The notes beneath the pieces are model-generated. The model had not been told where the DNA came from and did no database searches. It worked only from the letters and a program-made list of their open reading frames with translations. The translations under genes were made by a program, and so were the position numbers. Shown piece after piece: positions 49,357-58,508 of a stretch of DNA of 64,000 nucleotides. Source of the stretch: a virus (taxonomy: Duplodnaviria; Caudoviricetes); IMG/VR virus record IMGVR_UViG_3300015606_001334, positions 1 through 64,000 of that record, one strand, 5' to 3'. Positions within the stretch are counted from its first letter, which is position 1. Each line of letters begins with the position of its first letter.

Positions 49357-49396
49357 CAGAATTTGAATTGTAATCAAATTCTGATAAGTTGTAAAC
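49357..49396 (-). promoter_or_regulatory. early promoter of Ro60 with -10 in the loop of a perfect 10-bp inverted repeat
   Basis: GTTTACA...CAGAATTTGA-TTACAAT-TCAAATTCTG. Confidence 0.75.
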
Positions 49397-49414
49397 TGCT
49401 GTGGGTGAAATTAT

Positions 49415-49873
49415 TTATTTGATCGGAACGTAAACTATACCAGGTTCCAGAATCAGTGAGCCAGGTGTAAGTCCAGAGACGTCAAGTTTATCAGGATTGT
49501 CGTACTTAATGGTGTTATCGAAACGATAGAACGTCTCAAAACCATTGTTGAAGATGACTTTTACCTGCTCATGGATGTCTTTACCACCGAATTTACCAAC
49601 GACCTTTTGGCCTTCTGTGATAATTTCTTTGATATCGAAACCTTGTTCATCTTCGAGTTGCTTGGGAGTAATTTCGGCTTTTGGCTGAATAAAACCTGAA
49701 GAGGTTCCAACTACATACGCTATACCACCAACTACGGCAAGAAACGCCTGGTAGATAATTGCTATAACGATTGCGTTGAGATAGCTTGTATCAACATTAT
49801 TGATTTCATTTGAAAAAGCTATTGCCCCAAAAATGCACACGCTACTTAAGCCCAGCCTTGTTGCTATTTTCAT
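49415..49873 (-). CDS. membrane protein
   Basis: Two N-terminal TM segments. Confidence 0.55.
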   Translation of the reverse strand: MKIATRLGLSSVCIFGAIAFSNEINNVDTSYLNAIVIAIIYQAFLAVVGGIAYVVGTSSGFIQPKAEITPKQLEDEQGFDIKEIITEGQKVVGKFGGKDIHEQVKVIFNNGFETFYRFDNTIKYDNPDKLDVSGLTPGSLILEPGIVYVPIK

Positions 49874-49973
49874 TCTTCTTATCCCGAGGTATTGTTATTA
49901 TTCGAAAGCAAACCGCTACCGAATGATGTATTATAACACAATCCAGTAGCGGTGTATACTGAGTGAATGCAGA

Positions 49974-50540
49974 TTAATTCAGGTGCAATCTTGAATTTTC
50001 AGGAACAAACTGCATCAAGAAGTCCATTTGATCAGCCAGGATGTTTCGGTTCATCAAGATCAAATGTTCTGCTTTAGTTGGGACGTAAGGAACGTAGAGC
50101 AATTGCATGTGAGCTTGCTCAGGAGTTCTGCAGTCTTTATGTTGATTACACTTTTGGCAGGCCGCAACAACGTTCATCCATAAGTCCTTACCACCCTGGG
50201 CCTTAGGCTTGATGTGATCGCGAGTCAGGTCGTCTGCATGGAAGTGCTTTCCACAATACGCACAGATCTGACGGTCACGTCTGAACAAAGCTTTGTTGGT
50301 CAAGGTAGGTGTCTTATGATTGAATTTAGACTTTCCATTTTCGCTACGAACTGCGATAATTGAAGGAGTAACAATTTCAGACACTTCACCTGTTAGACGA
50401 GATACCCCACCGTGGAAGGTGAAATAGTTTTCACCCAGTGACCATGCAACCTGACCTTTCGCTTGTTTAGTAACAGCTTCTTGCCAAGTAACCCACTCTT
50501 GTGGAGTGCCATATATGTCTAGAGATAGAATTTGTGCCAT
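49974..50540 (-). CDS. HNH endonuclease
   Basis: LFRRD..CAYCG, TRDHIKP..QGG...W.NVVAAC..CN..K. Confidence 0.88.
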   Translation of the reverse strand: MAQILSLDIYGTPQEWVTWQEAVTKQAKGQVAWSLGENYFTFHGGVSRLTGEVSEIVTPSIIAVRSENGKSKFNHKTPTLTNKALFRRDRQICAYCGKHFHADDLTRDHIKPKAQGGKDLWMNVVAACQKCNQHKDCRTPEQAHMQLLYVPYVPTKAEHLILMNRNILADQMDFLMQFVPENSRLHLN

Positions 50541-50580
50541 GTTTTTACCTTTTTCAATTTGAATCTACATTTAGATTGTC

Positions 50581-51009
50581 CTATGAGAGTTTTTGTTTTT
50601 GCAAAGTCTCCTCAAGCTTAGTAACAAAGGCTTGATGATCTTTGCGCCCGAATTTAACGAATTCTTCAGCAGTCATCCAGACCGTATAAGCTGTCTCATA
50701 GCAAGGAGCGACGAACTTTGAAACATCCTCAATCTCACCTGCGAAAACGGATAGCTTATAGTTCTTGTATGAACTTCTGCCTACATCAAAGCAGTTTTTC
50801 AAGTTTGAGCGAATCAAACCAAGTTCTTCTTCTGCTTCTCTCAAAGCAGTTTCTTGATCAGTTTCGCCAGGGTCTTGACCACCCTTGGAAATCATTGGCA
50901 GCGAGCCGCCATAGGCAGCATCTGATGAGACCATCATCAGGTATTTAAACTTTCCGATCGTCTCATTAAAAATATACGGGATAAATCCCGCTTTTACTTT
51001 CTTTGCCAT
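50581..51009 (-). CDS. Nudix hydrolase
   Basis: KGGQDPGETDQETALREAEEELGL Nudix box. Confidence 0.88.
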   Translation of the reverse strand: MAKKVKAGFIPYIFNETIGKFKYLMMVSSDAAYGGSLPMISKGGQDPGETDQETALREAEEELGLIRSNLKNCFDVGRSSYKNYKLSVFAGEIEDVSKFVAPCYETAYTVWMTAEEFVKFGRKDHQAFVTKLEETLQKQKLS

Positions 51010-51275
51010 GATTTCCTCTACTTGTTCATTTTGTCATCTCCAATGTCAAGATCCATATCGATTTCAGAATACGCGAAAAGATCCGGGCGATAGGAAGAAA
51101 TACCCAACAGGTACTTCACCCAATCGATCAAATAGCGGAAGTATCCGATCCAACCAAGGTTGGTCACTTCCCACCAATCGATCTTTACCTTTTCGATAAA
51201 TCGATCTAGCATCTTTTTACCTTTGATGTTTGACAAATGCAATTATATCAAACTTCAGAAAAAGAGTAAATCTTT

Positions 51276-51833
51276 TTATGCAGTCACAGGTTTTGCTGGG
51301 TTAATTAATTGTTGTGATTGTTGTGATAGGTGAGCTTTTAACTTGCCACGAATCTGTTCAAAGAAGCTTCGCATCTTATTGATGTCACGAAGAAGAGTCT
51401 CTCTCGACTGATCATCTTCGTTGTCTTCTTCTAGATTCTTCAGAAGTTGCTCATACTGCTCGATGAATGAAGGAGCAGCCTCGCCAATCTCTTTAAGTCT
51501 GTCATCCGCAATAACCATGCGATGTTCATCTTCACCGTAAACTTTTTCTTGACCGGCTTCAGCGATGTCGTTCAACAGACGTAGGAGTTGTTTAGGCTTC
51601 GCGATATCAGCAAAGGATCCGCGTAGGTCTGACTTACCAAGCACACGGAAACCTGCTAGCGACTTTGCTAGCTCGGAGACGTCGATGTCTTGTTGCTTGA
51701 TAGTGCGATGACGATTGTTAAGCTTCGCATAAATTTGACCAAGAAATTTATCCGCGCTCTCTACGATCATCGCAGAAGTTTGAATTTCTCGTTCTTCTGC
51801 AAGAACTTGAAGGTCTTTGATCAATTGTAGCAT
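51276..51833 (-). CDS. late hypothetical protein
   Basis: TATAAATA at 51867-51874; N-terminal VLAE. Confidence 0.6.
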   Translation of the reverse strand: MLQLIKDLQVLAEEREIQTSAMIVESADKFLGQIYAKLNNRHRTIKQQDIDVSELAKSLAGFRVLGKSDLRGSFADIAKPKQLLRLLNDIAEAGQEKVYGEDEHRMVIADDRLKEIGEAAPSFIEQYEQLLKNLEEDNEDDQSRETLLRDINKMRSFFEQIRGKLKAHLSQQSQQLINPAKPVTA

Positions 51834-51865
51834 GTTAACGGCCTAAAAGAGGATTGTACATAATC

Positions 51866-52420
51866 CTATTTATAGTCTGTTATTCCGAAAACTTCAAATC
51901 CGTCAAAAAACTGACGCCAACCTATGCCATTATAGAAGTCAACAAGAATCGCTCGTTTCTGATCCAGATGTGGATGATTGATAATTGAGATGTCATCATC
52001 CAACATGAGATAGCCCGAAATCTCTCCTCGATGGTTAGACATCCAATACGAGATCTCGTCTGCTCGGCTCCATTGCTTGTGCTTTACTGTTTTCCAGTCT
52101 TCGTGGATCGCAGTGTATGCTCCTTCTAGACCGTTGACGGAGAGAATCTCTTGGAGTTCTTCCATTGTAGCATACTTTGTCCAATTAGTGGACAGCACAA
52201 ACTTGGCTTCGGCCTTTTCGAGCCAACGGTTAAGCATGGATATCGCGACTGGATCAAATTTGATTTGCTTCTTCAGCGCGTGATTATCTTGCCAAGAGCA
52301 TTCCTCATCAACTAGGATTTGTCTATTAGGTTCTACCAAATGCATTCGCGCAGGCAAAAGGGGACCGTCAAAATCAATGAAGATTACGTTGGTCCCATCA
52401 AGAGAAAGCCTATACATCAT
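51866..52420 (-). CDS. HAD phosphatase (RNA-repair 'Swiss army knife' type)
   Basis: IFIDFDGPL, VLSTNW, R.DEI..W, YLMLDDD; likely start 52420. Confidence 0.8.
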   Translation of the reverse strand: MMYRLSLDGTNVIFIDFDGPLLPARMHLVEPNRQILVDEECSWQDNHALKKQIKFDPVAISMLNRWLEKAEAKFVLSTNWTKYATMEELQEILSVNGLEGAYTAIHEDWKTVKHKQWSRADEISYWMSNHRGEISGYLMLDDDISIINHPHLDQKRAILVDFYNGIGWRQFFDGFEVFGITDYK

Positions 52421-52844
52421 CTCGTCCGATTGTAATGTGGAAAGGGTAATTTTCCCGCAGCCCCAATTCTCGACGAATTTCAACCATTTCTTTTGTTGGC
52501 TTTACCATCAAAACCCAAAATTGCCATTGTTTCTTCAGTTCGACTTCGTGAGAAAGCTGGATGATTTTTCCATCAAAACGCTTCTCGAGATCCTTCAACT
52601 TGTTGACGTCTTTAACTTTGTCCTTGTCATTTACTACTGTTACATGGGCACCCCATGCGGGCAAAGAAACTTTGATGCCGTATTTTCGCCACAGCCACCA
52701 AGAATAGTATTCAACGATACCGTTGTCAACCTTTAGAATTACGCCACGGTCAAATGATCGATGTGACTTTTTCAGACCAGGACGGACTGGACTAAAGATA
52801 AATTTTCCATTACAACGAGCTTCCTGACTGATCATCGTATTCAA
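52410..52844 (-). CDS. 2H phosphoesterase-like protein
   Basis: Two HxT motifs: AHVTV and FHITIG. Confidence 0.65.
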   Translation of the reverse strand: MNTMISQEARCNGKFIFSPVRPGLKKSHRSFDRGVILKVDNGIVEYYSWWLWRKYGIKVSLPAWGAHVTVVNDKDKVKDVNKLKDLEKRFDGKIIQLSHEVELKKQWQFWVLMVKPTKEMVEIRRELGLRENYPFHITIGRDDV

Positions 52845-53154
52845 ATCCTAATTGTTCGCAGAAATCAACAATCGTACTCAGCTTTTCGGCTGAAATGATG
52901 TAAAATTCTGGGTTTTCATCGACAACTAAATTGTATAACGGATCTGTCGCCGTGTAAACATGAGAATCAACTAGGCATTCCATTAAAAACGGATCAGTGA
53001 GTTTGAGAATCCGCAGCTTAAGCTTTTCCTCAAACACGATCGCCGCGTAGTACTTATCTTCCTCCATAAACATGGAAGTAAAGTCAGCTGTTTCCTGAAG
53101 ACGCACTGATAGGTGCGGAATTTTTCCGCAAAAGAAAGGGACAGATTTTTCCAT
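52810..53154 (-). CDS. hypothetical protein
   Basis: 114 aa, TAATG overlap with smpB. Confidence 0.5.
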   Translation of the reverse strand: MEKSVPFFCGKIPHLSVRLQETADFTSMFMEEDKYYAAIVFEEKLKLRILKLTDPFLMECLVDSHVYTATDPLYNLVVDENPEFYIISAEKLSTIVDFCEQLGFEYDDQSGSSL

Positions 53155-53606
53155 TAATGACCGGTGAGTTTAACGGTTCTTCTTATTTCGCGATCGACCT
53201 CGCGGTTCTTTTTGTCTTCACGCTTGTCGTAAAGCTTCTTACCCTTAGCTAGGGCAATCTCAAGCTTAACACGACGGTTCTTATAGTACATCTTCACTGG
53301 TACCAAAGTGAGACCAGAGATTTGAGTCTTACCAATCAGTTTGTCGATTTGGTGCTTATGAAGAAGCAGCTTACGAGTACGCGTTGGATCAAGAGACGTA
53401 AATTTGGTGTTGTTGCCGATAGGGGTAATGTTGCAACCAATCAGGAAAACTTCCTCATTGAGGACACGAACATAGGCTTCATTCAAAGAAACCTTCCCTG
53501 CAAGAATCCCCTTTACTTCCCATCCCTCAAGGACGAGACCACACTCGTAAAAGTCTTGAAGGAAGTACTCATGAGAGGCCTTCTTGTTATTCGCAATCGT
53601 CTTCAT
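53154..53606 (-). CDS. smpB: SsrA-binding protein SmpB
   Basis: IANNKKASHEY, GLVL.GWEVK, DP.RTRKLLLHK, TLVP, AKGKK.YDKR tail. Confidence 0.95.
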   Translation of the reverse strand: MKTIANNKKASHEYFLQDFYECGLVLEGWEVKGILAGKVSLNEAYVRVLNEEVFLIGCNITPIGNNTKFTSLDPTRTRKLLLHKHQIDKLIGKTQISGLTLVPVKMYYKNRRVKLEIALAKGKKLYDKREDKKNREVDREIRRTVKLTGH

Positions 53607-53811
53607 TTTCCCATTCTTTCAGAGCGGATTCAACCTCGTCATTAAACTGTTGACGCTGAATAGCCCGCTTGGCATGTTGGCCGCCTTTTTCATCGTGAGC
53701 GCCGCCTCGCTTTGACATTTCCCAAAATTGAACTTGAGGCCGATTACGAGGACGGTTTACTCGGCTTTGTTTTTGGAAATCTTCTTTGTAACCCATTTCG
53801 GTTTGATTCAC
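53587..53811 (-). CDS. small basic protein (candidate ribosome-rescue peptide)
   Basis: RPRN...KRGGAH..K..KR motif, acidic tail; overlaps smpB start. Confidence 0.5.
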   Translation of the reverse strand: MNQTEMGYKEDFQKQSRVNRPRNRPQVQFWEMSKRGGAHDEKGGQHAKRAIQRQQFNDEVESALKEWENEDDCE

Positions 53812-53814
53812 CCT

Positions 53815-54315
53815 TTAGTGATTACTAATTCGCATGTTGGGAACATTATCAAAAATCCCACCATGTTCCATAGTACAGTAAAAATTACCGTCATTGTCAG
53901 AATATTCGAATGTGTAAACATCCATTCCGGCAAATTCGGCCTTGATCTTTTCAGCCATCTTGGCACGGTGGGCAGATCTTGCTTTTTCGTAAGCATCCCA
54001 ATCGTAGTCGTAACCCTTGCCGTCAGCAGCACGCTTACGGAAGTTATCGAAATTTGGAGAACCAGGGAGATGACCACCAAGAGCTCCAGAGATAGCCTCA
54101 TCGTTGTTTGGCGTCTGGGCGCGCATATCGCGGGTTACCTGATCGGCGATTTCTTTTGTGGTAAACGTACCGATCCAGTCGTAGGCCGTGATATTTTCCT
54201 GACCTGCGAAGAGATAACTCTGCACGTTATCACTTGAAATCTCCATGTCCTTCGGGAATGCTACGATGAAGGAAGAGCTGGAGCTGTTACTAACGAATCC
54301 ACCACGAATTTTCAT
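53815..54315 (-). CDS. phage protein with MKIRxGFVSNSSSSSF N-terminus
   Basis: MKIRGGFVSNSSSSSFI...ISNH. Confidence 0.7.
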   Translation of the reverse strand: MKIRGGFVSNSSSSSFIVAFPKDMEISSDNVQSYLFAGQENITAYDWIGTFTTKEIADQVTRDMRAQTPNNDEAISGALGGHLPGSPNFDNFRKRAADGKGYDYDWDAYEKARSAHRAKMAEKIKAEFAGMDVYTFEYSDNDGNFYCTMEHGGIFDNVPNMRISNH

Positions 54316-54554
54316 TTGATCACCTTTTCATCTTGGAACGCCAGAATAAAGTTCGACATTCCGAATGCAATATTTTCTACCGTTTTAGCCCTTTCGATCA
54401 TTGAATGCGCTTTTGCTACATTCACCTTTCGAACCTTTTCACCACAAGACTTCAACGATTCCTTTGCCAACTTCTTTGCTTCTTCAACAGAATTCAAAGC
54501 CAAAATTTGATGGACAAGATCCATCGAAAAAACCCCTGTCTTTTCAGATTCCAT
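54312..54554 (-). CDS. hypothetical protein
   Basis: 80 aa, early promoter at 54582-54609. Confidence 0.55.
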   Translation of the reverse strand: MESEKTGVFSMDLVHQILALNSVEEAKKLAKESLKSCGEKVRKVNVAKAHSMIERAKTVENIAFGMSNFILAFQDEKVIK

Positions 54555-54612
54555 ATTTTTCTTTTAAATTGATTTTGTTATTTTATACTACGGTACTGCG
54601 AAAGTAAACTGC

Positions 54613-55362
54613 TTATTCGTACTTTTCAGACTTCGTATTCAAAATTCCAAACGGAGTAACTACCGTCTTACCATCCTCTGAGATGGTGTACTCAACACCA
54701 GCACTCTTAACTGGAGGGAACACTACGAACAGCTTCACCAGGTAGTTCAGAGTTTCGAGGCTGGCGGGCTTACGATAGAGAAATTGGCGAACGTCAAAGT
54801 TGGAGAGAAGGTCCGCAGCTTGAGACTTAGTGTAGACTTCAACATTTTGCAGAAGACCAAGATATTGGGCAATCTGGAAGCAAAGAAACTTGTAGACTTC
54901 AGTTGCTTCTTCTTTACCAAAATCGTCAATCTTGGTAAAGTCGATTTCGAGAATAGCTTTGAGCTTATCGTAAACATTCTCGGCTCGAAGCGCTTCCTTC
55001 ACCATTGCTCGATACTGAGTGCGAGAACAATGGGAAAGAATCCCACGAATGACACGAACCCATTTCAAGCAGATGTCTCGTTCGACTTTGGCGATAATTG
55101 GGTTTGGGAACTTTTGATCATGAAGATGGTAGGTTGCAAGGATGCTGTTGTTTACTTCATCCACTGTACCTTTGTAGACCTCGGTAACCTTACCGTCTTT
55201 TACCACGATCAAATTGCCGTTTACGCCAAGCGCATGAGACCACTCATCACACTTTTTCTTGGCTTCGTTGAAGGTACCAAGTTCATCAACCAAAAAGTAA
55301 ACGTCAACATCCAAGGAATCTTCTGATCCATGGATAAGATAAGGTACAGGACAATCAACCAT
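54613..55362 (-). CDS. putative nucleotidyltransferase-fold protein
   Basis: IHGSEDSLDVDVYFL (GS..S.DxD), KG..DE.NNS. Confidence 0.55.
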   Translation of the reverse strand: MVDCPVPYLIHGSEDSLDVDVYFLVDELGTFNEAKKKCDEWSHALGVNGNLIVVKDGKVTEVYKGTVDEVNNSILATYHLHDQKFPNPIIAKVERDICLKWVRVIRGILSHCSRTQYRAMVKEALRAENVYDKLKAILEIDFTKIDDFGKEEATEVYKFLCFQIAQYLGLLQNVEVYTKSQAADLLSNFDVRQFLYRKPASLETLNYLVKLFVVFPPVKSAGVEYTISEDGKTVVTPFGILNTKSEKYE

Positions 55363-55371
55363 CGTTTTCTC

Positions 55372-55411
55372 CTTTTTCGAAATTATAACATCAAGATTCG
55401 AAAAAGTAAAT
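55372..55411 (-). promoter_or_regulatory. early promoter inside a 10-bp inverted repeat
   Basis: TTTACT...TGTTATAAT; arms CTTTTTCGAA / TTCGAAAAAG, the downstream arm running into the AAGGAG SD. Confidence 0.75.
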
Positions 55412-55475
55412 TAATGAAGCACCAACCAGAACAGACAACCGAAAATGAAGATCAGCGCAGCGACTTCAGATTTTT

Positions 55476-55688
55476 TCATTCTTTCCATTCGATATCTCCC
55501 TTTTTGAAATTGAATCCCATGGCTTGCGAAAACTCGTAGGCCGAAAGGCTTTTATCCGCAACGATTTCCGAGTTGAACTTATAGATGTGCCCTTCAATAC
55601 GAACAGGAGGGGCAGAAGTATCAACCGATTTTACGATGACTCGAATCTTTGAGCCATCCTTTACAACTTTCATTTCATTCTTCAGCAT
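55476..55688 (-). CDS. hypothetical protein
   Basis: 70 aa. Confidence 0.45.
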   Translation of the reverse strand: MLKNEMKVVKDGSKIRVIVKSVDTSAPPVRIEGHIYKFNSEIVADKSLSAYEFSQAMGFNFKKGDIEWKE

Positions 55689-55723
55689 GCTGGTCTCAAT
55701 AAATAATACTTTAGGAGGTTCTC

Positions 55724-55978
55724 ATGAAGACAGATGAACTAATGGCCGGCCATAATATTCCATCTTTGAACTATCAACAGTTCATGGATAAGATGATGGC
55801 CAACTACGAAAAATATCCAAAGAACAGTCTATCTCAACGAGAGGTAGTTCAGTCCGTTGACCTTGGTAATATGAGCTATGAAGAAGCCCAGAAGATTGCT
55901 GATAAACTCAATGATGAAGTAACCAACACTATCCTAGGCTTCCAGGAAAAGCTCTTCAAAAAGTCAAAGAAGAACTAA
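55724..55978 (+). CDS. late hypothetical protein
   Basis: AGGAGG SD, ATAAATA upstream. Confidence 0.55.
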   Translation: MKTDELMAGHNIPSLNYQQFMDKMMANYEKYPKNSLSQREVVQSVDLGNMSYEEAQKIADKLNDEVTNTILGFQEKLFKKSKKN

Positions 55979-56208
55979 GAACTTCGTCCGTTCAGAAACG
56001 CTGTCTGGACGATTATCCCATTTCACAAGAACGGCGACCTCACCGTCAATACGTGTAAAGCCGGTAATATGGCCAAACGTATTGACGATCTTGAGAGTTT
56101 CTCCTTCGCCTTCGGTCTTTTGAACGACCTTGCCGATAGTGACATGCTTAATGTCGATCGGCTGAAAGCCTTTACCGTAAGCTGAAGGCAGAACGAAGGT
56201 CAGCAACA

Positions 56209-56724
56209 TTACTTGGCCAACCCGTACTGGTTCAGGCGTTGCATCAACGCGAATTCCCAAGGAGTAATGTCCTTGATGATATCGGTCATAGCCCAACCGT
56301 CAACACCGCTCCTGACGTCGCGAATGTGAATTTCGCATTTGTCTGCAACATGTGAATGATCGCGACACGAACGAATACGTGCAGCAGTATCGTAGATCTT
56401 CGGAGGAAGAATCATACCGACGTAGGTCAACGCACCATTCAGAGAAACTTCATCTTCGTGGAACTTGACGAACGGGTACGGATTTTCTTCACAGTACAGG
56501 AATGCATACAGCTCAGCCAAATCAGCTGAGTTTCCGCCGTTCAGCAGGACCATGGTCTTGTGATTTTCAGCCCAGTCGTTGTACATGTTCTGACAAGGCG
56601 CGATATCGAAATGACCTTGCTCATGAATGTTGTACTTCACATGCAGATCAACTGCAGCATGACCAGCTTGCAGCCCTTGCTGCAGCGACGAAAGGTAGTA
56701 GTTACCAAAGCCGTAAAAACGCAT
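56209..56724 (-). CDS. divergent Pth2-fold (peptidyl-tRNA hydrolase II-like) protein
   Basis: LS..QQGLQAGHA, W....KTMVLL, F.E......ALT.VG. Confidence 0.55.
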   Translation of the reverse strand: MRFYGFGNYYLSSLQQGLQAGHAAVDLHVKYNIHEQGHFDIAPCQNMYNDWAENHKTMVLLNGGNSADLAELYAFLYCEENPYPFVKFHEDEVSLNGALTYVGMILPPKIYDTAARIRSCRDHSHVADKCEIHIRDVRSGVDGWAMTDIIKDITPWEFALMQRLNQYGLAK

Positions 56725-56826
56725 CTTATTTCTCCAGTTGTTTCAAAAGGCCAAAAATCAGGGAACGACAAGCAAACTTGTCATTTTCAATACGATCGAC
56801 AACAAAGAATGTGTCAAACCGCGGAT

Positions 56827-57246
56827 TTATTTTGATTCGCTCTTGGTAGAAAAGAGCAGCTTCAGCTTGTGAAGCAAAGTCTGAACCAAACTGGGATTCG
56901 TGTCCGGTTCCGAGGTTACGGCGGATGAGGCGATATACAGTTGACATTTTTCTTCCCACTTGTCGAGTTTCTTGCGAGCGATTGCCATCAGCATTTCTTC
57001 AGAGATGTCGATGCCATTCTTTTCAGCATGGATGTAGATCATATCGACCAAGCAGAGAATTGCGTCTATCGATTCGCCGATGATGCCGTCAGGGCCTTGC
57101 TGCTTATAAGACTTGCCGCCACAGGAGATAGAGATTTCCTGAGCTAGTTCGCCGACTTCTTCCATTACGTGTGCGAGAATGGTGTATTCGTCGCGATCTA
57201 CAGGAATGCGATCACTAACATCCAGGATTTGATTTACAAGGCTCAT
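56827..57246 (-). CDS. MazG-like NTP pyrophosphatase
   Basis: MEEVGELAQE...IGESID...D, KLDKW. Confidence 0.75.
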   Translation of the reverse strand: MSLVNQILDVSDRIPVDRDEYTILAHVMEEVGELAQEISISCGGKSYKQQGPDGIIGESIDAILCLVDMIYIHAEKNGIDISEEMLMAIARKKLDKWEEKCQLYIASSAVTSEPDTNPSLVQTLLHKLKLLFSTKSESK

Positions 57247-57267
57247 ATCACAATGACAGAAAGATAA

Positions 57268-57305
57268 CAAAGAGAATTATATCATAAAATTCCCTTTGCG
57301 TAAAC
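57268..57305 (-). promoter_or_regulatory. early promoter inside an 11-bp inverted repeat
   Basis: GTTTACG...TGATATAAT; arms CAAAGGGAATT / AATTCTCTTTG (one G.U). Confidence 0.7.
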
Positions 57306-57307
57306 TC

Positions 57308-57715
57308 TTATTTGAACTGAGCAGATGAAGATTTGCGTTGATCGTAATGGTGATCACAGCATGGTTCGCCTTGGTTGAACTTCACACGAACCGCGCGATC
57401 ATCCCAAAGCTGAACCATGCCGTAGTCTTTGACGTTGGTTACTTCAAGACGAACACCAATATGCTTTTCGACCCATTCTTCAACGTAGATGATATGGTCT
57501 TGAACACACGCACGAGCAGTAAAGATCTTGACAGTTTTTCCTTCGGCAAGCCATTGCTTGATTCGTTCTACCATTTCTGGGATAGGTTCGCCAATATGAT
57601 CGGGACCCTTGAAACCGGAATATTGAGCTAGAGTTCCATCTAGATCTACACCGATCCAGGCAGACTTTAGACTTTTTAGCGAAGAATCGCCAGGTAGAAG
57701 AATGATACTTGACAT
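57308..57715 (-). CDS. HAD phosphatase (PNK 3'-phosphatase-like)
   Basis: WIGVDLDGTLA, IGEP, IFTAR, K, LWDDRA. Confidence 0.8.
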   Translation of the reverse strand: MSSIILLPGDSSLKSLKSAWIGVDLDGTLAQYSGFKGPDHIGEPIPEMVERIKQWLAEGKTVKIFTARACVQDHIIYVEEWVEKHIGVRLEVTNVKDYGMVQLWDDRAVRVKFNQGEPCCDHHYDQRKSSSAQFK

Positions 57716-57744
57716 GATAAATACCTTTTTAAGGAGTTAATGAG

Positions 57745-58122
57745 ATGTTTCTCGAAGAGTTAAAACCGAATATGCTAATAGAAGAAGCAATTGCTATCTT
57801 TGAGCGAGAAGAACAAATGCCAGCACAATCCATTCAGAAAATGGCATCAGCTTTGCCAACTTTTCCTGGCACTCAATTGCGAAAAGAAATCGATTCGCTG
57901 ATAAAGTCCTCAGCTATTCTTCTGAAAGACTTTGCGAGTAAGGCAAAACCCTTTGCCCAGGAACGTGGATATCGTACACAAATTTTTGATGTGATATTAG
58001 ACAATCCTGAAAAGGTCGCAAAGACTCTAATCAAGAAATATACTTCGGCTTATAAAGCGGATAGATTTACTTTCAATCTGAGAGATATTCTCAGCACTAT
58101 TGATTTGAACTTATCTAAATAA
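57745..58122 (+). CDS. late hypothetical protein
   Basis: AAGGAG SD, GATAAATA upstream, MFLEEL...LIEE. Confidence 0.55.
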   Translation: MFLEELKPNMLIEEAIAIFEREEQMPAQSIQKMASALPTFPGTQLRKEIDSLIKSSAILLKDFASKAKPFAQERGYRTQIFDVILDNPEKVAKTLIKKYTSAYKADRFTFNLRDILSTIDLNLSK

Positions 58123-58413
58123 GTCCCAGAACCAAACCTCACGGTTGAAATCGTCGAAACGATCATCTTCGCAAATTTCCTCATAGTCAAGGAACGCGTC
58201 ATCACTATGGCCAGTAAACTCAGCAAATAGTTTTGCGATATGCATTTGGAATTTGGTTTTGTCAGTGAAGACTAGGATTGCTTCGACTTCATCGTAGTCG
58301 ATACGATCTGAGGAAGGATTATCAAGAATCAGTCCGTAAGATGTTAGATTGCCAGCGCTTTTTGGAGGTGGTGGCATCTCAGTGAGAATTTTGGAGAGTG
58401 ATTCTAGTTTCAT
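58111..58413 (-). CDS. acidic hypothetical protein
   Basis: SD begins directly after the tRNA-Gly CCA; MKLESLSKILTE. Confidence 0.6.
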   Translation of the reverse strand: MKLESLSKILTEMPPPPKSAGNLTSYGLILDNPSSDRIDYDEVEAILVFTDKTKFQMHIAKLFAEFTGHSDDAFLDYEEICEDDRFDDFNREVWFWDLFR

Positions 58414-58426
58414 GATGAACTCCTTT

Positions 58427-58502
58427 TGGAGCGGGCGAGGAGATTCGAACTCCCGACATCTTCCTTGGCAAGGAAGTGCTCTACCAGCTGAGCTACGCCC
58501 GC
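58427..58502 (-). tRNA. tRNA-Gly(GCC)
   Basis: 76 nt cloverleaf GCGGGCG...CTTCC-TTGCCAA-GGAAG...TTCGAAT...CGCCCGC-T-CCA. Confidence 0.95.
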
Positions 58503-58508
58503 ATTAAA

